Positions 34,150 through 44,240 of a stretch of 64,000 nucleotides of DNA are shown here, in pieces (the stretch's first letter is position 1; every line of letters starts with the position of its first letter). This DNA comes from Deltaproteobacteria bacterium. Lineage in GTDB: Bacteria > Myxococcota > Kuafuiibacteriia > Kuafuiibacteriales > Kuafuiibacteriaceae. The translations under genes were made by a program, and so were the position numbers. The notes under the pieces were generated by a model, which was given only the letters and a program-made list of their open reading frames with translations, was not told the DNA's origin and searched no databases. Location: contig JAVJQW010000041.1 in NCBI GenBank assembly GCA_040218735.1, positions 407,801 to 471,800 on the forward strand, written 5' to 3'.

Positions 34150-36300
34150 ATGTCACGTACCCAGCTCCGGCACGGCCGGTTCATCGCATCGATCTGCGCC
34201 GGTCTGGCGGCGCTCACCTTCACGGGTTCGGCGTTCGCCGAGCCGTGGGCCGGCGACGTCACCGGCGAGACGCCCTGGACCACCGCGACCGGCGACTTCG
34301 ACAACGACAACCAGCGCGACCTGGTCTTCGGTTTCCCGAAGCGCTCGGGCAACGGCCTGGTCGGCATCTGGATCAACGACGGAGACCCGCGCCACAGCGC
34401 GGTCGAAAACGGCAGCAACAACGGCGCCGCCTACTTCAACCTCGTCCAGAACAACTTCCTCACGATCTTCCCCGCGTCGCCCGTCATGCAGGGCTCGCCG
34501 GTCTACAACCAGGCCCAGCCGCTCTTCGGCGCGAGCGTCGTGACCGGTGACTTCGACAACGACGGCAAGGACGACATCGCGTTCGGCGCACCCGGCGCGA
34601 CGATCAACGGCCGCTCCAACGCCGGCGCGGTCGTCGTCATCTACGGCAAGGACCTCGGCAACCCGAACGCGAACATCCCGCCGACCCCCGGCGCTGCGGT
34701 CACGTTCACGCAGGACTCACCCGGCGTCGGCTCCTCCGCGGAGACCAACGACTACTTCGGTGAAGTGCTCGCGGTCGGTGACTTCGACTGCAACGGCGTC
34801 GACGACCTCGCGATCGGTGTTCCGCGCGAGGACATCGGCTACAGCGCGCCGGACGCCGGCTACGTGCACGTCCTCTACGGTCAGACGAACAGCGGCCTCA
34901 CCGGCGTCGGCAGCTCCACGCTGTGGCAGGGCGGCGGCCCGCTCTCGGACACCTACGAGGCCAACGACCACTTCGGCGCCGCGCTCGCGGGCGGGGCCTT
35001 CGCGCCGTCTTCGTACTTGGGCCAGCGCTGGTGTGACAGCCTCGCGATCGGCGTGCCCGGCGAAGACTTCACGTACAACTACCAGACCCGCGTCGACGCC
35101 GGCCGTGTGCACCTCATCATCGCGCCGAGCTACGCGCAGGGCGGTTACTTCACGGGCTTCAAGCCGATCACCGAAGGCTTCGAGTTCCTCCTCGACCAGT
35201 CCACGAACGGCGTCTACTCCTCCCCCGAGAACAACGACACGTTCGGCTCGGCGCTCGGTCGTGTGACCGGATCGCGGGCTGCTCGCGGCAGCCCCACCCC
35301 ATTCATCGACGCGCTGTGGATCGCCGCCGCCGGCGAGTCCTGCAACAACTGTGTGGACGGCGTCGTGCACCGCCTCGACTGGTACCTCGGCAGCTCCTGG
35401 ACCGGCTCCAGCGTGCGCCCCGACATCCTGGAGACCGAGACCGGCGTCGTCGTGGAGAAGGGCGACCAGTTCGGCCGCTGGTTGCAGTACATCCCGGAAG
35501 GCATCGACCCGCAGACCGCCGAGATGTTCGTCGTCTCGCCCGGCACCAACAAGTACACGTCCTCCGAGAGCGCCGCGTGGCCCGCGGGGCGCGCCAACGC
35601 GAACCGCTACATGGCGTACGACGGCTTCGTGCAGGCGGCCGACGACCTCGGCTTCGTGCTGATCATCCCCGAGTGGGAGGACTACAACTTCGGCAACGAC
35701 TTCCAGCCCAACTTCAACGCGGGCGGCTACCGTGCGCTCCTCGGTCGCGACATCCGCGCCGACTGGTGGATCGACCGCATCGTGGACCGCTACGCAAACG
35801 TCGGTCTCGGCGACGGACGGATGCACCTCTTCGGTCACTCGGCTGGCGGACAGTTCGCGATTCGCTACGCGCTGCAGCGCCCCGAGCGGATGCTGAACGT
35901 CATCGTCGAGTCGTCGGGCAGCATGCCGCGTCCCACGATCGACGAGAACCCGAACGACGGCATCGAGCCGACGCCGAGCCCTTGGCGCGGTGGCTTCGGC
36001 AACATCTGGCTCCCGGCGGCGAACGGTTGGCCGGCGCTCGTGTTCTTCCCCAACGAGGCGGGCGCGGCGTGGGCCGCGGCGAACCGCCCGATCAGCATCG
36101 TGGCCGGGTCGCTCGAGGGCGCTTCGCACACGGACGTGGTGATGGACTGGATGGACGACGTCGCGACGACGTGGGGCCCGCACCAGATGACGTACTGCGA
36201 AGTGCAGGGCGTGGACCACGACTCCAAGAGCGCGCACCGCTCCGCGCTCAAGACCGTGTGGCCGAGCCTGTCGTTCCCGGGCGCGCCCGCGTGCAACTGA
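34150..36300 (+). CDS. Secreted FG-GAP (integrin-alpha-like propeller) protein with C-terminal alpha/beta hydrolase
   Basis: Signal peptide; GDFDNDNQRDLVFG, GDFDNDGKDDIAFGAPG, GDFDCNGVDDLAIGVP; nucleophile elbow GHSAGG and a C-terminal His (VDHDS). Confidence 0.85.
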   Translation: MSRTQLRHGRFIASICAGLAALTFTGSAFAEPWAGDVTGETPWTTATGDFDNDNQRDLVFGFPKRSGNGLVGIWINDGDPRHSAVENGSNNGAAYFNLVQNNFLTIFPASPVMQGSPVYNQAQPLFGASVVTGDFDNDGKDDIAFGAPGATINGRSNAGAVVVIYGKDLGNPNANIPPTPGAAVTFTQDSPGVGSSAETNDYFGEVLAVGDFDCNGVDDLAIGVPREDIGYSAPDAGYVHVLYGQTNSGLTGVGSSTLWQGGGPLSDTYEANDHFGAALAGGAFAPSSYLGQRWCDSLAIGVPGEDFTYNYQTRVDAGRVHLIIAPSYAQGGYFTGFKPITEGFEFLLDQSTNGVYSSPENNDTFGSALGRVTGSRAARGSPTPFIDALWIAAAGESCNNCVDGVVHRLDWYLGSSWTGSSVRPDILETETGVVVEKGDQFGRWLQYIPEGIDPQTAEMFVVSPGTNKYTSSESAAWPAGRANANRYMAYDGFVQAADDLGFVLIIPEWEDYNFGNDFQPNFNAGGYRALLGRDIRADWWIDRIVDRYANVGLGDGRMHLFGHSAGGQFAIRYALQRPERMLNVIVESSGSMPRPTIDENPNDGIEPTPSPWRGGFGNIWLPAANGWPALVFFPNEAGAAWAAANRPISIVAGSLEGASHTDVVMDWMDDVATTWGPHQMTYCEVQGVDHDSKSAHRSALKTVWPSLSFPGAPACN

Positions 36301-36309
36301 AGCGGTACC

Positions 36310-37662
36310 TCAGATGTTCATCTCGACCTGTAGGTAGCCGATCGTCGGGTTCGGCGTGGGCGCCCCTCGGGCGGCGTTCACGGCGAACCCGCGGCGCCAC
36401 AGGTGTGCGAAGCCTCCTTCCAATCTCACGTTCCCCGGCAGGACGTCGTACTGCACGCGCACTTCGAATTGCTCGCCGAGCGTCGCCCCCGACTGACCCG
36501 TGGGATCGCTGTACCCCGACCCGAACCAAGCGTCGCGCGCGGCGGCGAGTGTGAACGAACGGGCGGTGATGAGCGTGCGGACCCCGTCGAAGGGGCTCGC
36601 GTCGAGTTGGATCCCCGGCGTGAACAGGTTCGTACGGTTGAACGCGAGGTAGATCATCGTCGGCCCGTACTCGGGGCGCGGGACACCGTAGAGGTGGTTG
36701 AAGCCGTGGCTCACGTCGTCGTCGGGATCCTCGTCGCCGCTGGCGTACTCGAACGTGAGGGACAGGCTGGGCTGGGCCCACACGTCGAAGGTGTAGCCGG
36801 TGGACGCGTGGAGGAAGCCGGCAAGGTGGTTCAACTGCTCGACCTCGCCGACCTGAAGGAGCGCCTCCAGCTCGAAGTGGACGTCACCCACCGCGGGGTT
36901 CTTCACCACGCGGACGCCGGGGTTGAGCAGGTCGGCCCGGCCGTTGGCGCGGCGGTCGTGGCGACCGAAGACATACGGCTCGAACGCGACGTCGCCGAAG
37001 ACCCGCCGCACGTAGACGCCCCAGAAGACGTTGTCGAAGGACTCCGTGTCGAGCTCGAAAGCGTTGTCCGCGATCGCGTCGCGGTCGGTTGGTCTGATTC
37101 GCACCGGGAGCGTCGCGAACGCGTCGACGGTCGTGTCGCTCGCTTCGTAGTGCAGGTGTCCGCCGGTGAACGCGTTGATCGTGTTGCGGTAGCGGTTGCG
37201 CGCGATGAAGCGACGGCTACCGAGGTCGAGCGTGAAGCGACCGAGGAGGAGCGACAGCTTTCGCTCTTCGTTTTCGGCGTCGAAAGCGACGTACGCCTGG
37301 AGGATGTCGAGCGGGTTGGCGTACGCGAAGTCGACGGGAGTGTTGTCGTCCGAGAGGTACGCGCGCATGTCGACGACCTCCCCGCCGACGCGCCACGCCG
37401 AGCCGCGCGCCTCGGCGAAGATACCGGTACGGGTCGAGAGCACCTGGTCGCCGCCCGTCAGGCCGGCCCGGAACTGTTCGTCGATCGCCTCGAAGCGGGT
37501 CTGGTTGTGCAGCTCGACCGTGAGCCACTCGGGGAGGCGGTCCGAGAGCCGCCAGGGCTCGGCCGACGACGACCTCGGAGAGGAAGTCGTCATGGCCACG
37601 AATGCGATGGCCGCGAGCTGCAGGGCGGTGGCGCGGGGCCATCGGTTCTCGGCGATCGACAT
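36310..37662 (-). CDS. Alginate-export (AlgE-like) family outer-membrane porin
   Basis: NPLDILQAYV, GRFTLDLGSRRFIARNRYRNTINAFTG, EYASGD; start uncertain. Confidence 0.8.
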   Translation of the reverse strand: MSIAENRWPRATALQLAAIAFVAMTTSSPRSSSAEPWRLSDRLPEWLTVELHNQTRFEAIDEQFRAGLTGGDQVLSTRTGIFAEARGSAWRVGGEVVDMRAYLSDDNTPVDFAYANPLDILQAYVAFDAENEERKLSLLLGRFTLDLGSRRFIARNRYRNTINAFTGGHLHYEASDTTVDAFATLPVRIRPTDRDAIADNAFELDTESFDNVFWGVYVRRVFGDVAFEPYVFGRHDRRANGRADLLNPGVRVVKNPAVGDVHFELEALLQVGEVEQLNHLAGFLHASTGYTFDVWAQPSLSLTFEYASGDEDPDDDVSHGFNHLYGVPRPEYGPTMIYLAFNRTNLFTPGIQLDASPFDGVRTLITARSFTLAAARDAWFGSGYSDPTGQSGATLGEQFEVRVQYDVLPGNVRLEGGFAHLWRRGFAVNAARGAPTPNPTIGYLQVEMNI

Positions 37663-37751
37663 GGGCGTGGCACGTAACATCGATTCGATGCGGCGTCGCG
37701 GTGTTCCGCGTTGATGCGCCGACGCACAAAACTCACCGATCCGCGCGGTGC

Positions 37752-39527
37752 ATGTTGCTGAGGCCTCAGAACTCACCGAAGGTGTTCGTGGGGGGACTCT
37801 TGGCGGGAGGATCTGCGAGCGGCGCCAAGCCCGGACATGGCCTGGAACGTCGGCTCCTCGTGGGATGGGTCGCCGGGTCGGTCGTCGTGGGTCTCGCCGC
37901 GCTCGCCGGAGCGTTCTTCCCCCTCTACGACCTGCTGTTGGAGCAGCGCGAGGCCCAACTCCTGGAGCAGTGCCGTGCGACCGCACGCGGCGTCCAGCAG
38001 TTCGAGCGACGCATCGAGGCGATCGCGGCGCAGGTGTCGAGTCGAACCCGGGCGCGCGGTGCCCTCGAGGCGCTCAACACAGAACGAAGCACGCTTGCGG
38101 AACACGAGGCGATCGTCCGTCCGATCCTCGAGGACGCGCTCCGACGTTCCCGCGGTGCCATCGCGTGGTTGGTTCGTCACGACGCCGACGGGCGTCGTGT
38201 CATCGCCATGGGGTCCGAGGCCTCGCCCATCGCGCTGGTCCCGGACGCACCCGAGCTCCTCCTTCGGGGCGTCGTCGAGAACGCCGGGGAACGCTACGTC
38301 GTCGTCGAGTCCGCGATCCTCGACCCGACCGGGCGTCGCGTCGGGACCGACCAGGTCGGGTTCGATCTGGCGGCGCTCCGTGCCTTGTTGGACGACGCGA
38401 CGTTGCTCTCGTCGGACGGACAGATCGCCCTCGGGGCTCCGCTCTCTCGCGCGTGGCGGGACTGGGCGTTGGCGCCGACCTCCGAGGTGGTGGCGGACGA
38501 CGAGGTCGGTGAGCGGCTCCTGACCCGCGCGGCGGTCGACGATACCCAGTGGTGGGTCGTCCGCTCGACGCCGTACGCGTCCTCGATCACCGGCCAGCCG
38601 CTTCGGCGCCTGTTCTGGATCATGGCGGTGTTGATCCTCGTCGTGGTCTTGGCGACGGCGCTGTCGCCGGTTCTGTTGGCGCCCGTGTCACGACGACTCG
38701 TGGCGGACGCGCGTCGGATCGAGGAGGAGTCCGCGTCCCGGTTGGAGGCCGAGGAGGCGCTTCGAAAGCACCTCGACAACCTCGAAGAGGTGGTCGCGGA
38801 GCGCACCGCTTCCTTGGAGCGTTCGAACGCGGACCTCGAGCAGTACGCCTACCTCGTCTCGCACGATCTCAAGGGCCCGATTCGCACGATCTCCGCGTTT
38901 GCGGAGGTCCTCGAGGGCAACGAGGCGATCGCCGAGGACCCTGAGGCGCTTCACCAGATCCACTTCGTCCGCCAGGCCGCGAAGCGTTCGTCGGACATGG
39001 TCGATGCGCTCCTGGAGCACGCGCGTGTTTCGCGGGTGTCGTTGGCTCCGACGACGGTCTCGCTCGATGAGGTCACCCAGGAGATTTGTAGGGATCTCGG
39101 TACGCGAATTCGGGACACGGGTGCGAACATCGAGGTGGGTCAGCTCCCGACGCTCGAGACGGACCCGCAGCTCGTTCGGTGCATCCTCCAAAACCTCATC
39201 GAAAACGCGTTGAAATATCGGCGGCCCTCCACCCCTCCGCACGTCTGGGTGCGATCGACGGACGTCGATGGGCGCATCGTGGTCGAGGTCGAGGACAACG
39301 GTGTGGGCTTCGACCCGAAACACACCGAGCGGGTGTTCATGAAGTTCTCGCGCCTCCACAACGACGACGCGATCGAGGGCGTGGGGATCGGGCTCGCCTT
39401 GGTTCAACGTTCCGCCGAGCGACTCGGAGCCCGGGTGTCGGCGAGCTCACGACCCGGGGTCGGTAGCTGTTTCCGCGTCGAGTTCGGCGTCGATCTCGAA
39501 GAAGACCTCAGCCCGAGAACGCGATGA
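37752..39527 (+). CDS. Membrane sensor histidine kinase (no adjacent response regulator)
   Basis: Two TM helices, LEQYAYLVSHDLKGP, QNLIENALKY, EDNGVGF, GVGIGL; start uncertain. Confidence 0.88.
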   Translation: MLLRPQNSPKVFVGGLLAGGSASGAKPGHGLERRLLVGWVAGSVVVGLAALAGAFFPLYDLLLEQREAQLLEQCRATARGVQQFERRIEAIAAQVSSRTRARGALEALNTERSTLAEHEAIVRPILEDALRRSRGAIAWLVRHDADGRRVIAMGSEASPIALVPDAPELLLRGVVENAGERYVVVESAILDPTGRRVGTDQVGFDLAALRALLDDATLLSSDGQIALGAPLSRAWRDWALAPTSEVVADDEVGERLLTRAAVDDTQWWVVRSTPYASSITGQPLRRLFWIMAVLILVVVLATALSPVLLAPVSRRLVADARRIEEESASRLEAEEALRKHLDNLEEVVAERTASLERSNADLEQYAYLVSHDLKGPIRTISAFAEVLEGNEAIAEDPEALHQIHFVRQAAKRSSDMVDALLEHARVSRVSLAPTTVSLDEVTQEICRDLGTRIRDTGANIEVGQLPTLETDPQLVRCILQNLIENALKYRRPSTPPHVWVRSTDVDGRIVVEVEDNGVGFDPKHTERVFMKFSRLHNDDAIEGVGIGLALVQRSAERLGARVSASSRPGVGSCFRVEFGVDLEEDLSPRTR

Positions 39528-40350
39528 ACAACGTGAACACCGGGCCGCGCGCCTGGCTCCGCACGCCGAGGCCGGCGAGGCTGAACTGCGCGCTCGTGCC
39601 GACCTGCCAGCGGTCGCTCGCGAGGAACGTCGTCTCCAGGATCGTCGAGGTGAACGACGTGCCGTTCGACTGACCCGCCGGGTTCTCGACCGACGCTGCT
39701 CCCCCGGTGTCGAGCGCGTGCCGCCCGCCGAGCCGCAAGACACCTTGCAGGCGCCACCACCGTCCGCCGAGCTCGGCGCGCCAGTCGAGCATTCCGTCGT
39801 AGCCACCGAATCGCTGCACCCACCCGATCGCGGCGGAGGTCCAGGCGGCGTCCCACGCCCAGCCGAGCTCGGCGCGGCCGGTGAGATCGAGCTGCCCCGG
39901 ACCGGCGCGGAGCTCGGCGATGGTCGCGCCGTCCTCGTCCGCGAGCGGCGCGATGACCTCGCCGGACGCCACGGGCACGCCGAGCCAACCTTCGAACGCG
40001 AGCGCTCCGCGACCGAAGCTCAGCGCCGTGTAGCGCACGCCCGCGCGCGGGTCGCCGGGGCGCACGAGTGATCGGCTCGTTTCGCCGTCGATGCGAAACC
40101 ACCGAGCGACGTCCCACTGCGCGAGGAGCGTCACGCCCGACCCGAGGCTCAGCTCGGCCGACAGCGCGTTCGTGAGCTCGCGGTAGCCCGGGATCGGCGT
40201 CGTCTCGCCGCGGCCGTCGGTGTACCGCGCGCCGAGGAGCAGACGGGAAGACGCCTTGGCGTACACCGTCCCGGCGGGGCGCGCCCAGGGGCCAGCGCGG
40301 GCGGCGCCGGGGACGAGGAGGAGGGTCAACGCGAAGAGGGCACGTTTCAT
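39508..40350 (-). CDS. Hypothetical outer-membrane beta-barrel protein
   Basis: MKRALFALTLLLVPGAARA signal peptide, alternating beta-strand pattern, RPGDPRAGVRY. Confidence 0.65.
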   Translation of the reverse strand: MKRALFALTLLLVPGAARAGPWARPAGTVYAKASSRLLLGARYTDGRGETTPIPGYRELTNALSAELSLGSGVTLLAQWDVARWFRIDGETSRSLVRPGDPRAGVRYTALSFGRGALAFEGWLGVPVASGEVIAPLADEDGATIAELRAGPGQLDLTGRAELGWAWDAAWTSAAIGWVQRFGGYDGMLDWRAELGGRWWRLQGVLRLGGRHALDTGGAASVENPAGQSNGTSFTSTILETTFLASDRWQVGTSAQFSLAGLGVRSQARGPVFTLFIAFSG

Positions 40351-40442
40351 GGTCTTCGTTACCGGCCGCTCGCGGCGCCCGTGGGACCGCCGCGGCCAAA
40401 GTTCGAACCCGGGTGGCCACCTGGGCGGTATCGAGCAGTGCG

Positions 40443-41345
40443 ATGCCGACCGTCTCGGCCCCCGTCGTCGCCTCGATCCTCCCGGCCGCCGCTCGGCGGG
40501 CGTCGGTGCTCCCCGAGCACGACCCGCCGGCCGGCGCGCGGTGGTCGGACGCGGTCGCGTTCGACGTGTGGCGCTTCGCGCTGGCGCGTGGCGCCCACCC
40601 CTTCGAGCCCTCCAGTCGCAACACGTTGGACGCGCTCGGGGTGTACGGGTTCGTCGTGCAGACCGCGCCCTCGGGCGACGAAGCGGTCGACGCCGCGGCT
40701 CGGTTGTTCCCGCTCCTCTCGGACCGCGGGGCCTGGCGCCGTGAGGAGGGTGTCCTGCGCTGGTGCACGCCGCCGCCCGCGTCGGACGCGGTGGTGGCCT
40801 CTGACGCCTCCACGATCGCGCACTTCGCCGCCGGCATGATCGCGGTGTGTGGCCCGGCCGCGGTGCGCGAGGTTCATGTGCGCTGGTCCTCGGCCCGGGG
40901 TGCCGAGCGGCTCGGGACGTCAGTGTTCGCGGGAGCGGACGAAGATCGAATCGTCGTGGGTGACACGAGCGCTCCGCCGCCGCGTGCGCACCGTCCGCTG
41001 TTCGCGCACCTGCTCGCGGAGGCCGAGGCTCGGCTCGCGTCGCTCCCGGCGAGCTTTGTCGATGGTGTGGCACGCCTCATCGCCGATGGCGTCCGCGACC
41101 CGCACGACGCCGCGCGACGATTGGCGACGAGCGCGCGCACGCTACGTCGGCGCCTCGAAGGCAGCGGCACGTCGTTTTCGACGCTGCTCGACCAACACCG
41201 ACGGCAAGACGCACGCGCGCGGGTCCGTCGCGGCGAACCGATCCAACACATCGCTGACGAGCTGGGTTTCTCGGATCCCACGGCCTTCGCCCGCGCCTAC
41301 CGACGTTGGTACGGGCGCGCGCCCAGCGGCGATCGCTTTCAGTAG
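40443..41345 (+). CDS. AraC-family transcriptional regulator
   Basis: AARRLATSARTLRRRLEGSGTSF...IADELGFSDPTAFARAYRRWYG. Confidence 0.9.
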   Translation: MPTVSAPVVASILPAAARRASVLPEHDPPAGARWSDAVAFDVWRFALARGAHPFEPSSRNTLDALGVYGFVVQTAPSGDEAVDAAARLFPLLSDRGAWRREEGVLRWCTPPPASDAVVASDASTIAHFAAGMIAVCGPAAVREVHVRWSSARGAERLGTSVFAGADEDRIVVGDTSAPPPRAHRPLFAHLLAEAEARLASLPASFVDGVARLIADGVRDPHDAARRLATSARTLRRRLEGSGTSFSTLLDQHRRQDARARVRRGEPIQHIADELGFSDPTAFARAYRRWYGRAPSGDRFQ

Positions 41346-42934
41346 GCGCGCTGTACGCTGAGCGCGACCCCGAACCCGAGCTCACGTCCCGCCGCGATGC
41401 CGAGGCCCGCGTAGGTGCTAAGCTGGAAGGCGTCCAGGAGCAGGACGTGCAGTCCGAGCCCGAACGTGGTCGCGGCGCGTAGGTCGGTCGGCTCGCGATC
41501 GTCGTCGAGGTCCTGGTAGGCCGCAACGTCGTCGAAGATGCTGACCTTGACGGCGTCGCGCGACAGCGAGACGCGGTACTCGAACGAAGCACCCAGCGCG
41601 CGCTTCAGGAAGATGTCGTTACCAAACGCGGCCCGCAGGAAGCCGTCACCGATCGACAGCTCGTCGTAGAAGAAGGGCCGCCCGAAGATGTGCACGCCGT
41701 TCACGCCGAGGTGGAACTCGTCGTAGCCGAGCACCCAGGCCTTGTCGTACTCGAGGAACAACTTCGTGATCACGTTCGAGCGCTGCAGGTTGCCCGCCGT
41801 GAGGTAGCGGCCGCTCAGCTCCAGGCGGTGGCCGCGGTCCAGGCGGAGCGCGTTCTTCTCGAAGTCGAGCTCGATCGACCCGGCCATGAAGATGCGCAGG
41901 TCTTCGCGCTCGGTGGCCTCGACCAGCGGCGTCACGGTCTCCCCCTCCACGGGGTCGATCCCGAACAAGAAGCGCTCTTGGACGCCGACGCCGAGGGAGA
42001 CCGTCATCGTGTCCGTCGCGAGCATCGACGCGTTCACCGAGCCCTCCAGCGGCACGTAGTAGTAATTCGCGACGTTCAGGTCGCGCCGAAGCCGCGCGAA
42101 GAGGCTCGCGTCGAATCGCATGTACGTCGACACGAAGTCACCGAACGGCGGGGAGTGCAGCTCGATGGCGGCCTGGAGCCGCGACAGGCCCACGGGGTTG
42201 CTCGCGGTGTCGATCTCGTCGTCGAGCCGAAAACCCACGCGAGCCTCGGTGTCGAGTTTGTCGCCTTTCAGCACGAGGTCCGACTCGTTGTACTTCAGGC
42301 CCCCGTAGAACCCGTCGGGGCTCCGGATGCCGAGCTGCAGTCGGAGCCCGTCGCGGCGGTCGGGGCGCTCCAGGTAGATGTGCAGCTCGTGCGGCGCGCC
42401 GGGTTTCAGCAGCTCCAGACCGCGGAGCAAACGCGGCTCCTCGATCTGCACGCCCGCGTGTCGGACGCGCTCGACCTTCACGACTTCGAACGTCGCCTTG
42501 GTCACGTCCGTGTCGCGCACCAGCGCGTCGAGCTGTTGTTGGAGGAGCGGCCGGTTGAAGATGTCGCCGGGGAGCTTGATCGAGAACTTCAGCTCCAGCG
42601 TGCGCAAGGTGCCTTGCCGCATGAAGATGATCTTGTCGAGGCGCCCCTCCTCGACTTCGAGGTAGACGACACCGTCGGCGATCGTCGCGGTCGCCGTCGC
42701 GAGGTCGTAGCCGGACGCGAGGAGGAAATCGAGCGCGCTCCGTGCAACTTGTCTTGCGCGCTTCTTGGCGATGGTCGCCGTCTTCGTCCGGGCTTGGTCG
42801 GAGAGGAAGATCGCGGACTCGTACACCGCGGAGGGCAGGGCGACGTTCCCGCGCACCTCGATCGGATAGGCCTCGGCCGCGCTCGGCGCGAGCGCCGCGA
42901 GCAACAGGCCGATCCCGACGATTCGACGATTCAC
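41339..42934 (-). CDS. POTRA plus beta-barrel outer-membrane protein (Omp85/TpsB-like)
   Basis: GTG start with GAGG, signal peptide ending AEA, IEVRGN...SGY...YLEVEEGRL POTRA-like region, barrel strands, terminal Tyr. Confidence 0.6.
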   Translation of the reverse strand: MNRRIVGIGLLLAALAPSAAEAYPIEVRGNVALPSAVYESAIFLSDQARTKTATIAKKRARQVARSALDFLLASGYDLATATATIADGVVYLEVEEGRLDKIIFMRQGTLRTLELKFSIKLPGDIFNRPLLQQQLDALVRDTDVTKATFEVVKVERVRHAGVQIEEPRLLRGLELLKPGAPHELHIYLERPDRRDGLRLQLGIRSPDGFYGGLKYNESDLVLKGDKLDTEARVGFRLDDEIDTASNPVGLSRLQAAIELHSPPFGDFVSTYMRFDASLFARLRRDLNVANYYYVPLEGSVNASMLATDTMTVSLGVGVQERFLFGIDPVEGETVTPLVEATEREDLRIFMAGSIELDFEKNALRLDRGHRLELSGRYLTAGNLQRSNVITKLFLEYDKAWVLGYDEFHLGVNGVHIFGRPFFYDELSIGDGFLRAAFGNDIFLKRALGASFEYRVSLSRDAVKVSIFDDVAAYQDLDDDREPTDLRAATTFGLGLHVLLLDAFQLSTYAGLGIAAGRELGFGVALSVQRAY

Positions 42935-42938
42935 TTCC

Positions 42939-43553
42939 TCAAAGCGAGAGCCACGCCGTGAGCAGCCGCTGCCCCGCATCTTGACTCTTCTCCGGATGGA
43001 ACTGCGTGCCTACCACGTTGCCGGCCGTGAGGGCCGCCACGAACGTCACGCCGTGCTCCGTGGTCGCGGTGTCGAAGCCATCGGCCCGACGCGCCGCGTA
43101 GGAGTGCACGAAGTAGAACGCCTCACCCGACGGGTTCGCCGCGAGGACCGGGTGCTTCGACGTCGTGTGGACCGGCGCCCACCCCATGTGCGGGCGCTTG
43201 AGGCCGTTGCCCACCGGGAGGAGCGTCACGGCGTCGTCGACGATCGCGAGGCCCGTACGACCGGGCGCCTCCTCGGAGGTTGCGAACAGGAGCTGCTGCC
43301 CGAGGCACACCCCGAGCACCGGCCGCCCGTCCGCGCAGACCTCCTGCAGCGCCGAGAACAGGCCGCGTTCGACGAGGTGGTCGACGGCCTGCCCGAACGC
43401 GCCCTGACCGGGGATCGCGACGCGGTCCGCGCGCCGTACGACGTCCGGGTCGCCGGAGATCTCGACGGTCGCGCCGCTGCGTTCGAGCGCCCGCTGCAGC
43501 GAGCGCCGGTTCCCCATCTCGTAGTCGACGATCGTGACGCGCGGCGCGCTCAA
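42939..43553 (-). CDS. hisH: Imidazole glycerol phosphate synthase glutaminase subunit HisH
   Basis: IVDYEMGN, PGQGAF, LGVCLGQQ, PHMGW, FYFVHSY, QFHPEKS; TTG start overlaps the hisB stop. Confidence 0.95.
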   Translation of the reverse strand: MSAPRVTIVDYEMGNRRSLQRALERSGATVEISGDPDVVRRADRVAIPGQGAFGQAVDHLVERGLFSALQEVCADGRPVLGVCLGQQLLFATSEEAPGRTGLAIVDDAVTLLPVGNGLKRPHMGWAPVHTTSKHPVLAANPSGEAFYFVHSYAARRADGFDTATTEHGVTFVAALTAGNVVGTQFHPEKSQDAGQRLLTAWLSL

Positions 43554-44227
43554 TCCAGGCTGCCCTTGGTGGAGGCGACGCCCTCTCGGCGAGGGTCGAT
43601 CTCCACGGCCATCCGCGTCGCGGCGGCGAGGGTCTTGAAGCACCCCTCCACGATGTGGTGGCGGTTGGTGCCGTACTCGCAGATCAGGTGAAGGTTCATG
43701 CGCGCTTCGGCGCAGTAGGCCGAGAAGAAGACCTCGGCGAGCTCGGCGTCGAACGTGCCGATGCGCCCCGGCGGGACCTCGACGCGGTACGAGAACACCG
43801 GCCGCCCGCAGTAGTCGACGTACGCCCGCACCAGCGCTTCGTCCATGGGCCGCGTCGACTCGCCGTAACGACGGATGCCGGCGCGGTCGCCCAGCGCGTC
43901 GAGCACCGCGCGGCCGATGCACAGCCCCACGTCCTCGACGGTGTGGTGCGGGTCGACCTCGAGGTCTCCGCGCGCGAGCACGTGCAGGTCGATCATCGAG
44001 TGGTGCGCGAACGCCTCGAGCATGTGGTTGAAGAACGGGACCTCGGTGTCGATCTGGTGGCGCCCCGTGCCGTCCAGATCCACGACGACCTGCACGTTGG
44101 TCTCCTTGGTCTGTCGCTGCACCGTCGCGCGTCGCCCGTCGGCTTCGGGCGGGTTCACCGGGACGGGCAGGCGGGGCTCGTCCTCGGGCGCGGTGTGACC
44201 GTTCTTGGCGCGTCGCTTCTCGCTCAT
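43550..44227 (-). CDS. hisB: Imidazoleglycerol-phosphate dehydratase HisB
   Basis: RQTKET, FFNHML, DPHHTVEDVG, MDEAL, NRHHIVEGCFK. Confidence 0.96.
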   Translation of the reverse strand: MSEKRRAKNGHTAPEDEPRLPVPVNPPEADGRRATVQRQTKETNVQVVVDLDGTGRHQIDTEVPFFNHMLEAFAHHSMIDLHVLARGDLEVDPHHTVEDVGLCIGRAVLDALGDRAGIRRYGESTRPMDEALVRAYVDYCGRPVFSYRVEVPPGRIGTFDAELAEVFFSAYCAEARMNLHLICEYGTNRHHIVEGCFKTLAAATRMAVEIDPRREGVASTKGSLD

Positions 44228-44240
44228 CGCAGCCGGAACT

